Origin: a virus
Taxonomy: Duplodnaviria; Caudoviricetes
IMG/VR virus record: IMGVR_UViG_3300043607_000041
Coordinates: 1-48,841 of that record
DNA: 48,841 nt
Strand: one strand, 5' to 3'
Positions 17,099 through 25,562 of this stretch are shown here, piece after piece. Made by a program: the position numbers and the translations under genes. Each line of letters opens with the position of its first letter. The stretch's first letter is position 1. The notes under the pieces were generated by a model that worked only from the letters and a program-made list of their open reading frames with translations, searched no databases and was not told the DNA's origin.

Positions 17099-17992
17099 AT
17101 GGCGCATTACACCAAGCTCGTCACCCACGACTCCTGCATGGACGGCCTGGCCGTCGCGATGATCGTGCGCGACGCCATTCCGGACATCGAGGTGGTGTTT
17201 GCGCAGTACGGCACCCCCTCGCTCGAGCAGCTGCCGGCCACCTCGGGCCTGCTCTTCTGCGACATCACCCCGCCCCGAGCTCGGGTGGCGGAGTTCGTGG
17301 AGGCTGGTGCCACGGTGCTCGACCACCACAAGCATGCACAGGACATCGTCGCGCAGTTTGGGGCACGCGGCGTATTCGCAGACGAGGCAGGTGACTTGGG
17401 TGTGAGCGGAGCAACGCTGGCCTTCAGGCATGTCTGGGTGCCGGTTTACGGCGCGCGGTCAGCCGTTGAGACCTTCGCGCGCTGGGTTGGAGTCAGGGAC
17501 ACCTGGCAGCGCAAGTCGCCCGAGTGGGAAGCGGCCAACGACATGTATGCATCGATGGCTGGCCTGCCGCGTGAGTACTGGCTACAGCCTTGCGGGATAC
17601 ACGACGCGCTGTCGCCACGCTCGCTCGAGCTGGGCAGGATGTGGCGGGCCGAGCGGGACCGCACCGTGTCCCGCATCTGCAAGGGAGGGACCATCAACCT
17701 GATGGATCCGAAGGGCCGGCACTGGTCGGTGTTCCCCGACACAGATCACTACGTGTCCGACGTCGCCTCGGTCCTCATCAGCGCCAACGTCACCTGCGGC
17801 TGGTTCCAGCGGGCCGAGCTGGAAGACCTGGTTACGGTGCTCTCGCTGCGCTCGCAGGACGGTAGCGTCGACGTGGGAGCGCTGGCCAAGCGCTTCGGCG
17901 GAGGCGGTCACTCGCGTGCCGCCGGCTGCGCGCTGCACGAATGTAACCCGCTCATCGCCGTCGCGACTGTCATGAACGCGGGTGCCCAATGA
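17099..17992 (+). CDS. DHH/DHHA1 phosphoesterase
   Basis: HDSCMDG, FCDI, LDHH, DTW and GGGHSRAAG motifs. Confidence 0.88.
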   Translation: MAHYTKLVTHDSCMDGLAVAMIVRDAIPDIEVVFAQYGTPSLEQLPATSGLLFCDITPPRARVAEFVEAGATVLDHHKHAQDIVAQFGARGVFADEAGDLGVSGATLAFRHVWVPVYGARSAVETFARWVGVRDTWQRKSPEWEAANDMYASMAGLPREYWLQPCGIHDALSPRSLELGRMWRAERDRTVSRICKGGTINLMDPKGRHWSVFPDTDHYVSDVASVLISANVTCGWFQRAELEDLVTVLSLRSQDGSVDVGALAKRFGGGGHSRAAGCALHECNPLIAVATVMNAGAQ

Positions 17993-18201
17993 AAGCCGGC
18001 TGGGTCGACTCGGCCGGCAAGGCGTGCGCCAAGGACACAGACGAAGAGCAGGCGCTCCGGTCTGCCGGGAAGAAGCGCGCTCGGTGTCCCGCGCCGGGCA
18101 GCGAGGCCTGGCGCAAGAGCGCGTCGAAGGGCGCTCGGAACAACATGGTGAAGCGGCGGCTGGACGCGGTGCTCGGACCGGTGGAGGGCGACGATGAGTA
18201 A
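17989..18201 (+). CDS. Small basic hypothetical protein
   Basis: ATGA-coupled. Confidence 0.55.
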   Translation: MKAGWVDSAGKACAKDTDEEQALRSAGKKRARCPAPGSEAWRKSASKGARNNMVKRRLDAVLGPVEGDDE

Positions 18202-18727
18202 GTGTCGCGAGTGCGGCTGCGTGCACGGCCCGGGTAACACCAACACGCTGTGCCCGCTGGCGTCCAACTATCGAGCGCCCTCGCAAGCGGCGGGCCCCAT
18301 CGGGGCCAAAGGCGCAGCGGGCTGGTCATCGGATCCGGTCGTAGCGGTGAGCCAACTGGCGCCCAGAGCGCTTGCTGCGGAGGCCGTGATTGAACGGGTT
18401 CGGAACATGCAGATGTTCAACGTTCCGGGTGTAGGACTGTGCGCGTCCGAAGAGTCGTTGCGCGCCGCCCTCTCGCCCGCACCGGCGCAAGCGGCGGAGC
18501 CTGAACCAGACCCGGTCGCGATGTCGCGCGCGCTGCAACTGCTTGAGGCTCGGTGCGCGGAGCTGGAGGAACTGTTGAGCATGGCCGGCGAAGGCAAGGG
18601 CATGGCAGAGACAGCACGCGCCGCCCTGCAGGCCCGGGTCGCCGAGGCGGTGAAGATGCTGGCGCCCTTCGTCGTGGCAAACGGCGGCCCAGTTTCGCTC
18701 GCGCTGGAGGTGCTCCGTGGCAAGTGA
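18194..18727 (+). CDS. Hypothetical protein
   Basis: GGAGG RBS; overlaps neighbours. Confidence 0.65.
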   Translation: MSKCRECGCVHGPGNTNTLCPLASNYRAPSQAAGPIGAKGAAGWSSDPVVAVSQLAPRALAAEAVIERVRNMQMFNVPGVGLCASEESLRAALSPAPAQAAEPEPDPVAMSRALQLLEARCAELEELLSMAGEGKGMAETARAALQARVAEAVKMLAPFVVANGGPVSLALEVLRGK

Positions 18728-19055
18728 GCCTCTGCCCCCTGGATGGCGAGAGCTAGCCGGCGGCTTCGCATCTGGCGACGTGCTCCTGGTGCTCACCGAC
18801 GACGGGCTCCACCGTGTCAAAGCTCGCGAGTTCGGGCACGGGTACGCCATCGAGAAGACGCCGCTGGACGTGGTGAAGGCGCTGCTCGCGACGCATGACC
18901 TGCACATCGTGACCGCCGCGGAGAAGGCTGTGCTGGACGCGATGGCTCAGCTGCCTGAGGAGCTCCTCCGGAGCTGGGTCGATGCATCGCAGGTTACGCG
19001 CGGGCTGCCTCAGCTAGCCGTGGCCGAGCTCGCCCGGCGGGAGGCGAAGCCATGA
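18717..19055 (+). CDS. Hypothetical protein
   Basis: GGAGG RBS; GC3-rich. Confidence 0.65.
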   Translation: MASEPLPPGWRELAGGFASGDVLLVLTDDGLHRVKAREFGHGYAIEKTPLDVVKALLATHDLHIVTAAEKAVLDAMAQLPEELLRSWVDASQVTRGLPQLAVAELARREAKP

Positions 19056-19309
19056 GCGGACGGGGCCACGTCGTCGACGAGACGGGCAACGAATACCACG
19101 CTGTATCGGTCATCCGGCGCGCTCACAACGGCAAGAACGGCGCTGCTCAATGGCTGTGCCGTTGCAAGATCTGCGGTGGAACACGGTCAATTCCAGGCGT
19201 CCAGCTCCGGGCTGACCCGCCCAAGATGTGCATGGGCCGGTGCGGAGTCGCCGAGCGGGAGGCCGCAGGGGAAGCCATAAAGGCTGAGTTGATCGGGAGC
19301 GGCTGGTGA
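19052..19309 (+). CDS. Small Zn-binding protein resembling the N-terminal module of phage HNH/AP2 endonucleases (no nuclease domain)
   Basis: DETGNEY..VSVI...QWLCRCKICG pattern. Confidence 0.6.
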   Translation: MSGRGHVVDETGNEYHAVSVIRRAHNGKNGAAQWLCRCKICGGTRSIPGVQLRADPPKMCMGRCGVAEREAAGEAIKAELIGSGW

Positions 19310-19632
19310 GGGCCCGTCGAACGGACGGCAACCACAAGCCGACGCTGGAAGCGCTGCGACGGCTCGGGTACCCGTGCAAGAGTCTACACACGCAGGGTGG
19401 CGGGTGCGAGGACATCCTCGTCGGAGTGCCCGGTTGCAAGCTGCCAAACTGCATGTCGCACGGACCACGATGGGTGCTGCTCGAGATGAAAGTCATCGAG
19501 CGCAAGAGCACCGGATACACCCGGCACACCCCGGCTCAGGTCAAATGGTACGCGCAGACCAAGGGCTTCCCGCGCATCATTGCCACGAGCGCGGAGGATG
19601 CCATCAAGCAGATCAGGGAGATGAAGGCATGA
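19306..19632 (+). CDS. VRR-NUC-like nuclease / Holliday junction resolvase
   Basis: RTDGNH...GCEDILVG...LLEMK...TPAQVKW. Confidence 0.75.
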   Translation: MRARRTDGNHKPTLEALRRLGYPCKSLHTQGGGCEDILVGVPGCKLPNCMSHGPRWVLLEMKVIERKSTGYTRHTPAQVKWYAQTKGFPRIIATSAEDAIKQIREMKA

Positions 19633-19988
19633 GCGCTCAGATCATCGACGGCGTGGACTCGGCCATTCAAGACGAGTTCGATCGGCTCTGGCTGCGCCTG
19701 GACTCGCTCGGTGGGCAGGTGGACTGCGTAGAGGTAAGGCTCACGAAAGAGCCCTGGCCACCGGTCGTACACCCAAGGCAGCTTGCGCCCGCTCCCGACT
19801 ACTCCCTGGCGAGCGACGACCTGGGTGACTTTAGCGAGCCAACCCAGCCTGGATACGCCCTGCTCGACCCGCCAGAGGCCTGCTCCTGCGACGAGGCCCT
19901 GGCCCTGCGGGCACTCCTGCGGGAGGCGCGCGAGCTCGTCGGCAACGCCCACGAGGGCTGGCACCGGAGGGTGGCAGCGCTGTTCTGA
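19629..19988 (+). CDS. Hypothetical protein, last + strand gene
   Basis: ATG 19629 coupled. Confidence 0.6.
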   Translation: MSAQIIDGVDSAIQDEFDRLWLRLDSLGGQVDCVEVRLTKEPWPPVVHPRQLAPAPDYSLASDDLGDFSEPTQPGYALLDPPEACSCDEALALRALLREARELVGNAHEGWHRRVAALF

Positions 19989-19989
19989 T

Positions 19990-20137
19990 CGACGCGCCGT
20001 GCGAGGCGCAGACGAGGTTTACTGTCCTTCGTCGCCAAGTCGCACCGCTGCCCGTTGCGGTAAACGGGTAAGCCAGGGGCCCGTGGTAGCCCTCCTAACT
20101 CAGGTGGCTCCCGCTGAGTGGCGGATACGGGAGCGAC
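19990..20137 (+). ncRNA. Candidate structured RNA (three-way junction plus tandem pseudoknots) at the convergent junction
   Basis: Multiple interleaved complementary segments (see findings); no recognised family. Confidence 0.3.
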
Positions 20138-20139
20138 TC

Positions 20140-20679
20140 TTACGGCGTCTCGGCAGCCATCTTGTCGGCCTGGCGGATCGCCTGCCCGAGGCGGGCGCGC
20201 TCGAGGGTGCGGGCGTCTGCCGTCTGCCAGTCGCCATGGGATTTGAGGCAGGCCTGCATGTCAGAGTCGCTGTCCACCACCGACGCCAGGCCGTAGTGGC
20301 GCTCGACCACGGTCAGGGTGCCCACCTTCGACTTGGAATTGATCGTGCACGTTGCCAGGGATTGCCTGTCTGCGAACTGCTCGGCGCAGCGCTTCGTGAG
20401 AACGGTCGAGCCGGATCCGAAGTTCTTCAGCTTCTCGACGGCGGTAGGCTCTTCGCCGGGAGCGGGGTCGATGTCGACATCCACGCACTCGTCGAGAGTG
20501 TCCTTTGCGAACACGGCCACGCTCTTGCTGTACGCGGGTCGCTGCACGGCCGCCGGCGCAGGCGTGGCTGGCGCAGTCGCCACGGACACGGGCGCGGTCC
20601 CGCTCGAGTCGAGGGACCCCGCCAACCGCACGATCGCGACGACGCCCAGCGCGACGCCGATCCAGGCGACGAGTCTCAC
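20140..20679 (-). CDS. Membrane-anchored/exported Cys-containing protein
   Basis: GTG 20679 coupled (GTGA); N-terminal TM LVAWIGVALGVVAIV. Confidence 0.7.
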   Translation of the reverse strand: MRLVAWIGVALGVVAIVRLAGSLDSSGTAPVSVATAPATPAPAAVQRPAYSKSVAVFAKDTLDECVDVDIDPAPGEEPTAVEKLKNFGSGSTVLTKRCAEQFADRQSLATCTINSKSKVGTLTVVERHYGLASVVDSDSDMQACLKSHGDWQTADARTLERARLGQAIRQADKMAAETP

Positions 20680-21239
20680 GGGTTCTCCGGGTTCCAAGCG
20701 GTGCAGGGGGCGCCGGAGCAGAGCTGCTCGAGGTCCGCGCGCGTGAGCAACATGCTCTGGTTGCCGATGCAGCGCGCCATGACGCCCTCCCAAGGTCCGA
20801 GGTGCTGTGCGCCCAGCATGTGCAGGACTTCGTGCATCAGCAGCGACGTGCCCCTCAGGTCCACGGCGACATCTACGTCGATGTGGTCGGTAGCCAGGCC
20901 AGCGTATCCCACCGGCAGGTCCGTGAAGACCACCTCGACGCCGCCCGGAGTCACCGACAGCGGCAGCCCGGAGGCCTTGGTGACTCGCTTCAGCACGTCG
21001 GTGAGAGCCGTGCGCAGAACCGGGTCCTCGGCCCAGAAGACCTCGGGTCGGCTCTCGCGCGCTCCCGGCATGTCGTCCGAGCCCTCGTCGCAGGTGATCT
21101 CCGGGAGCTGCTTCACGGTTGGCTCGTCGGCAATGCTCTCGAATCCAGCGCCCCAGACCGGGTCGGCGTCAGCCTGCTCCGCACCCGCGCAACCTACAAC
21201 CAGCACCACGAGAGCAATCAGCCACCCCATGCAAGGCAT
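20676..21239 (-). CDS. Lipoprotein zinc metallopeptidase (metzincin/matrixin-like)
   Basis: Lipobox VVGC; HEVLHMLGAQH (HExxHxxGxxH); Met-turn GVMA. Confidence 0.8.
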   Translation of the reverse strand: MPCMGWLIALVVLVVGCAGAEQADADPVWGAGFESIADEPTVKQLPEITCDEGSDDMPGARESRPEVFWAEDPVLRTALTDVLKRVTKASGLPLSVTPGGVEVVFTDLPVGYAGLATDHIDVDVAVDLRGTSLLMHEVLHMLGAQHLGPWEGVMARCIGNQSMLLTRADLEQLCSGAPCTAWNPENP

Positions 21240-21262
21240 GAACGGCGGCTCCGGCTAAGGCT

Positions 21263-22435
21263 TTACTCGGAGCCGATGCCGTCGCTGGCGAAGAGCTGGT
21301 CGCCTACGGTCGCGAAGAGCCGGCCCTTGGCCAGACCGAACGCGTGCACGCTGGTGACGGAGGTGTTGATGCGTTCCGTCCAGGTACGCCCACCGTCTAG
21401 GCTCGCCATGGCGACGATGCCGCCGAACCCCTGCTCGAGCAGCGCCACGAGCAGGCCCGTGTCTTGGCACATCAGCAACTTGGGCGTGTTCGCTGCTGGC
21501 GTCAGACCGGAACTTACACTGGCCCTGAGCGTCCAGGTGGTGCCGTCGGTCGAGACGAATACCTTCAGCGAGCCTGTGCCGTCGCTGCCGAGCCAGTAGA
21601 TCTCCGATCCCCCGTTGCCGGCGAGCCAGCCCCGGTTGACCACGAAGTCGTGAGCCGACGGCACCGTGCCGCCCGTATTCGCCCAGGTGAGACCGTGGTT
21701 AGTGCTCTTGACGAATGCTGGGTCGGTGATGATCCCTGCCGCCACCACGGTGCCACCAGACAGCACGGCTAGCCCATTGCCGTGGCCGCCGGTGAGCACG
21801 TCCGAGATGTCGCTTCCGCCCGTGGCGCCCGTCCAGGCGACGCCGTTGGTGCTGTGCGCAGAGCCGCCCGCGTCGTTCGAGACGATGAACTGGGTGCCGT
21901 CCCAGACGCAATCGGTGGGGGGCGTGATGAGACCCGTAGCGCCGCCCGCCGACCAGGTGTTGCCGCTGTTGGTGGAGAATGCGTTGTCCACGCCGCCGTC
22001 TCCGACGACCAGGTGGCGGCTTCCGTTGCCGACCAGCTTGCGCACATCGGTCGTGATGGCCGACACGGTTACACCCGACTGGCTCGCAAGCGGGAAGTCC
22101 GCGAATCGGAACACGCCGTCGGTGTCTCCCTTGACGACGATGGCCTCCTCCAGGACGGTCGCCGACGCCACGCCGATCGCGGCGCTCGTGTCGCTGATAG
22201 TGGCCCCGTTCGGATCCAGATCCCGCATGATGAGCGACGCCACGGTGAGCGGGCGGCGCGTGGCGGTGGTCAACGCGTTGAGCTCGAAGTTGACGTTCTG
22301 CGATGCCGCGGCCACGCCCCGGACGAAGCCGCTCGTCGGTGTGCCCACGTCCACCTTGGTCGGTGTGCCAGTGTCGGGCCCGGAGGCGTAGTTCAGGAGC
22401 GTCGCGAAGGGCCTGGGTAGTTTGATGGTCGTCAT
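21263..22435 (-). CDS. Tail fibre / receptor-binding protein with BNR (Asp-box) beta-propeller
   Basis: STNSGNTW, STNGVAWT, STNHGLTW, STDGTTWT and SLDGGRTW repeats; follows baseplate wedge genes. Confidence 0.78.
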   Translation of the reverse strand: MTTIKLPRPFATLLNYASGPDTGTPTKVDVGTPTSGFVRGVAAASQNVNFELNALTTATRRPLTVASLIMRDLDPNGATISDTSAAIGVASATVLEEAIVVKGDTDGVFRFADFPLASQSGVTVSAITTDVRKLVGNGSRHLVVGDGGVDNAFSTNSGNTWSAGGATGLITPPTDCVWDGTQFIVSNDAGGSAHSTNGVAWTGATGGSDISDVLTGGHGNGLAVLSGGTVVAAGIITDPAFVKSTNHGLTWANTGGTVPSAHDFVVNRGWLAGNGGSEIYWLGSDGTGSLKVFVSTDGTTWTLRASVSSGLTPAANTPKLLMCQDTGLLVALLEQGFGGIVAMASLDGGRTWTERINTSVTSVHAFGLAKGRLFATVGDQLFASDGIGSE

Positions 22436-23097
22436 AGTGATCTCACGCTTGCCCAGCCGTCAGTGCCAGGCCACGGGTCGCCCCAGTGGAAGACATTGAC
22501 AGCTGCTCCGTCGGAAAAGAAGAACTGCAGACCCACCCCGGCCGCGCGCACGGCTGGCAGGATCTCCGTCACCATCGCCAGGCCCACGTCGTCGATGGGC
22601 TGGAGCGCCGTCAAGAGCAGCGTGGCGTTGCCGGCCGCGAGTAGCACGTACTCGCCTTCACCGAAGAGCAGGTTGAGCACGCCCAGGATGTCGCCACCGC
22701 GCCCGCGGCTCCGGTTGGCGAGCGCCCGTGCCTCGATCATTAGTCGGTAGTTCTCCGTGTCGAAGCTCAGGCGGGCCTGGCCCACGAGCTTGCCGATCAC
22801 CTTGAGTCGGGGCAGGTCGGCGTTCGCCAGGGTGCGCAGCTCGAGGAACTCCCAGATGATATCCTCTAGGATCTGGATCTCCCGGATGAATGACGAGAGC
22901 AGAGCCGCCACGAAGGGCTTGCCCCAGAAGGGCGGCGCCAGCTTGCGCGACGCGATCTCGTCATGCGTGGCGATGTAGGTCAGAGCGCCGCTAGTCTCGG
23001 GGTCCTGCGTGCCAACCTCGTACTCGATTAGATCCGTACCGTCGGCGTCGCCTTCGGTCGTGAGCGCGAGCCCGATCGCGGTGGTGCCCTCGGCCAT
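22432..23097 (-). CDS. Baseplate wedge protein (DUF2612/gpI-like)
   Basis: LKVIGKLVGQAR...YRLMIEARALAN...AAGV; downstream of baseplate J. Confidence 0.78.
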   Translation of the reverse strand: MAEGTTAIGLALTTEGDADGTDLIEYEVGTQDPETSGALTYIATHDEIASRKLAPPFWGKPFVAALLSSFIREIQILEDIIWEFLELRTLANADLPRLKVIGKLVGQARLSFDTENYRLMIEARALANRSRGRGGDILGVLNLLFGEGEYVLLAAGNATLLLTALQPIDDVGLAMVTEILPAVRAAGVGLQFFFSDGAAVNVFHWGDPWPGTDGWASVRSL

Positions 23098-23231
23098 TAC
23101 GTGCCCCTTAGCGCGTCACGCCGCAGCTTGAACTTGCGGAACATATCCAGGTGGGCGCGCCAGCAGCAGCGGCAATCCTTGCCGAATACCTTCCAGCGCT
23201 TGCCCTTGCGCAGCCCCGAGACAGCTGTCAC
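23097..23231 (-). CDS. 44-aa basic Cys-containing micro-protein (below the ORF-track cutoff)
   Basis: MTAVSGLRKGKRWKVFGKDCRCCWRAHLDMFRKFKLRRDALRGT; GTGA overlap with the J stop and TAATG overlap with the next start. Confidence 0.6.
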   Translation of the reverse strand: MTAVSGLRKGKRWKVFGKDCRCCWRAHLDMFRKFKLRRDALRGT

Positions 23232-24382
23232 GTGACATCCCCCGTAACGGTGATGTCGCCCGCGTCCAGGAGGTAGATGAGGTTCTGCGCCGCCGGCAGG
23301 TCCGAGGTGCCACCGTTGACCGTGAAACTAACACGGTCGTCCACGCCGGGCACGGAGAACACTGCCGAGGCGAGCCTGTTGTACGTCACTTCCTGCCCAA
23401 CCCGCGTCGGCATCTTGGCGAGGATCGCATCCTTCACGTCGTCTCTCGACACGCCCGTGGCGGACTCGATGTCGACGGCGATGACCACGCTGGACGTCGT
23501 AGCCCGGTCGAAGAACACCGTGACCGGACCGAGCGTCTGGTCCTGAGCCGTGCCGGACTCCGTGCCCTGCGAGAGTATGCCTTCGGCCTTGGTGTCCCAG
23601 ATGATCTGCGCGATCGCGTCGTCGTCGGCTTCGGCGGGCGAGCCATCCCAGATCACCGGCCGGATGTTGTGCGGACCCACGCCATTGGCGTCGGCTGAGT
23701 TGCCGGTGTTTTCGAACACCTCTGCCGACAGCACGCCGTCTAGCAGGAGCAGCGCGCTCTTGATGGCCCCGCGCGTGCGCGACCCACCCACGGACGTAGC
23801 GCCCTCGCTCCGGATGCGCAGCGCAGCGATCGACTCGATGTCCTGTCCGGGCGTGGCCGCCGCGGGGTTGGTCACGCTGTTCCAGCCGGCCACCGGCGTG
23901 GCGATCTCGGTGAGCGTGCCCGCTTCGGCGACGGCATCGGCGCCCGCAAACTCCGACTGGAACACCGCCGTGTAGACCCCTGCGATGGTGCTCGTTACCG
24001 TGTCCCGGTTCAGCCAGCGGTTCGTGGGCTCGTCGACAACGTGCGCCGCCAGGTCCTCTGGCGCGTAGGTCTGCGCAGCGTCCAGGTCTAGCTCAACCGT
24101 CACGAGGCCGAACTTCAGGCCACGCCGCGGCACGCCTCGCAGAAGCGAGAGCGACACGAAGCGATCGTCGGAAGAGTTGTCCACATCGTATGCGTTATAG
24201 GCCTCCTCGATCAGCTGCTCCAGATCGTCGATGTGCTCGGCGTCGATGTTGCTCGTGTTGCCCAGCACCTCCCGTTCGGAGAGGTCTAGCTTCAGCGAGA
24301 TGGCCGCGCGCAACCGATCCTGGATGCTGGTCAGGATCACGTCTAGCGTGCGCCGGGCGTAGCCGGTGGCGGTTATGGGCAT
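23228..24382 (-). CDS. Baseplate J-like protein
   Basis: ITATGY...IATPVAGWNSVTNP..ATPGQDIES...LR. Confidence 0.9.
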   Translation of the reverse strand: MPITATGYARRTLDVILTSIQDRLRAAISLKLDLSEREVLGNTSNIDAEHIDDLEQLIEEAYNAYDVDNSSDDRFVSLSLLRGVPRRGLKFGLVTVELDLDAAQTYAPEDLAAHVVDEPTNRWLNRDTVTSTIAGVYTAVFQSEFAGADAVAEAGTLTEIATPVAGWNSVTNPAAATPGQDIESIAALRIRSEGATSVGGSRTRGAIKSALLLLDGVLSAEVFENTGNSADANGVGPHNIRPVIWDGSPAEADDDAIAQIIWDTKAEGILSQGTESGTAQDQTLGPVTVFFDRATTSSVVIAVDIESATGVSRDDVKDAILAKMPTRVGQEVTYNRLASAVFSVPGVDDRVSFTVNGGTSDLPAAQNLIYLLDAGDITVTGDVT

Positions 24383-24391
24383 GGTGTCACC

Positions 24392-24748
24392 TCAAGCGAA
24401 GGCAAATGAAATCTCGTCGCTGGCGCTCTCGCCGTCCTCGCAGGTTACTCGGAAGCGCACGTTCAGGGTGCGGGTCGCGCTCGCCAGCTCCACGGTGAGT
24501 TCGTCGACGCTGATCACGCCAGCCGTGTCGAGCAGGAAGTTCCGGAACACCTGGGTGATCACGCGGAGGTCTGGGCCCTTCACCAGGATGGTACCCAGCA
24601 TAGGCAGGCCCGCGTCCGGGTCCCACGAGATGGTGCCCGTCCAGATCTGCGCGCCGGCCCTGATCTGCTGCAGGGCCATCGCCGCCCCGCGCGTGAGCAG
24701 GATCGAGCGCCCGTCGTCACTCAGCTGCAGGTCGCCCAGGACAGTCAT
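24392..24748 (-). CDS. Baseplate wedge / sheath initiator (gp25/gp46-like)
   Basis: WTG..WDPDAGLP...LLDTAGVISV...RTLNVRF; synteny. Confidence 0.75.
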   Translation of the reverse strand: MTVLGDLQLSDDGRSILLTRGAAMALQQIRAGAQIWTGTISWDPDAGLPMLGTILVKGPDLRVITQVFRNFLLDTAGVISVDELTVELASATRTLNVRFRVTCEDGESASDEISFAFA

Positions 24749-25314
24749 CGCGCCTTCACCTTCAGCGCCGCTACTGGCCCCAGCGATACGACCGGGACTA
24801 CTGGAATGGGCACCACCGCCGGCATTGGGATCGGAGGGCTAGGAGCCCCGGTACCGGCGGTGGCGTGAGCGTGGTTGTCGAAGGCGTACTGCATCTTATC
24901 GAGCGCGGCCTGCACCAGGTTCGCCAGCGCCACGAACTGCACCGCCTGCCCCGCGCGCGCGACCAGCGGAATGCACACCGCATGCAGGCCATGGCGGCGC
25001 AGCACCTCGGGCTGTTCCACCGAGCCCGTGTCGAACCACTTCGAGAAAGACTCCTCGCAGAACACGAGCAGGCAGCTGTCGCCGGCCGTCCAGGCGCCGG
25101 GCCAGAGCACGGGCACGTCGCCGAGCGGGGGCACCGTCTCGAACTCGCCGTCCGCGCTCTCGAGCTGGACCGCCAGGGTCACCTCCGCCGTCTGCTTCGC
25201 CTCGGAGTACGACCGAATCTCGCCCACCATGGCCGTGTGCACCTCACGCAGGCGAGCGCCGAGCACGGTGTCCAGCACCGTGCCCCAGCGTCCCTGGCGA
25301 GAGGTTGCGCTCAT
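24745..25314 (-). CDS. Baseplate spike (Gp138 N-terminal OB-fold type)
   Basis: HTAMVGEI..Y...DVPV..P...GDSCLLVF.E; C-terminal HAH metal-binding motif. Confidence 0.8.
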   Translation of the reverse strand: MSATSRQGRWGTVLDTVLGARLREVHTAMVGEIRSYSEAKQTAEVTLAVQLESADGEFETVPPLGDVPVLWPGAWTAGDSCLLVFCEESFSKWFDTGSVEQPEVLRRHGLHAVCIPLVARAGQAVQFVALANLVQAALDKMQYAFDNHAHATAGTGAPSPPIPMPAVVPIPVVPVVSLGPVAALKVKAR

Positions 25315-25562
25315 CGCCGGGCACGGCCTTGCTGGCGCCCCTGGCGCGCAGTGGGGGGATCAGGATCGTGCGCCACGTCCGGCACGGCACACAACGCCGC
25401 GGAGCCGAGCAGGTAGAACCGAATCTCGTCGGGCGGCTCGTTCAAACGGGACAGTGTCTCGAGGCAGCGCCGCTTGAGCTCGTTCACCCCGCCGTGGTTC
25501 TCCGCAACGCGGTGGCCCATCGCGTCAAAGTAACCGTCTTGGTCTCGAATCTCGATGGTCAT
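25311..25562 (-). CDS. Small hypothetical protein between hub and spike
   Basis: ATG 25562 coupled to the hub stop; GGAG RBS. Confidence 0.55.
   Translation of the reverse strand: MTIEIRDQDGYFDAMGHRVAENHGGVNELKRRCLETLSRLNEPPDEIRFYLLGSAALCAVPDVAHDPDPPTARQGRQQGRARR

Noticed and set aside
19052-19309. Homing endonuclease
   Set aside because: Has only the N-terminal Zn module, with no HNH or AP2 domain.
19984-20040. Hammerhead ribozyme (CTGATCGA followed by a stem)
   Set aside because: The core has an extra base relative to CUGANGA, and the GAAA strand is missing.
19783-21258. 491-aa + strand ORF
   Set aside because: Antisense to two well-formed minus-strand genes and has no recognisable motifs.
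21263-22435. DGR or invertase-driven tail fibre variation
   Set aside because: No reverse transcriptase, invertase or template repeat seen.
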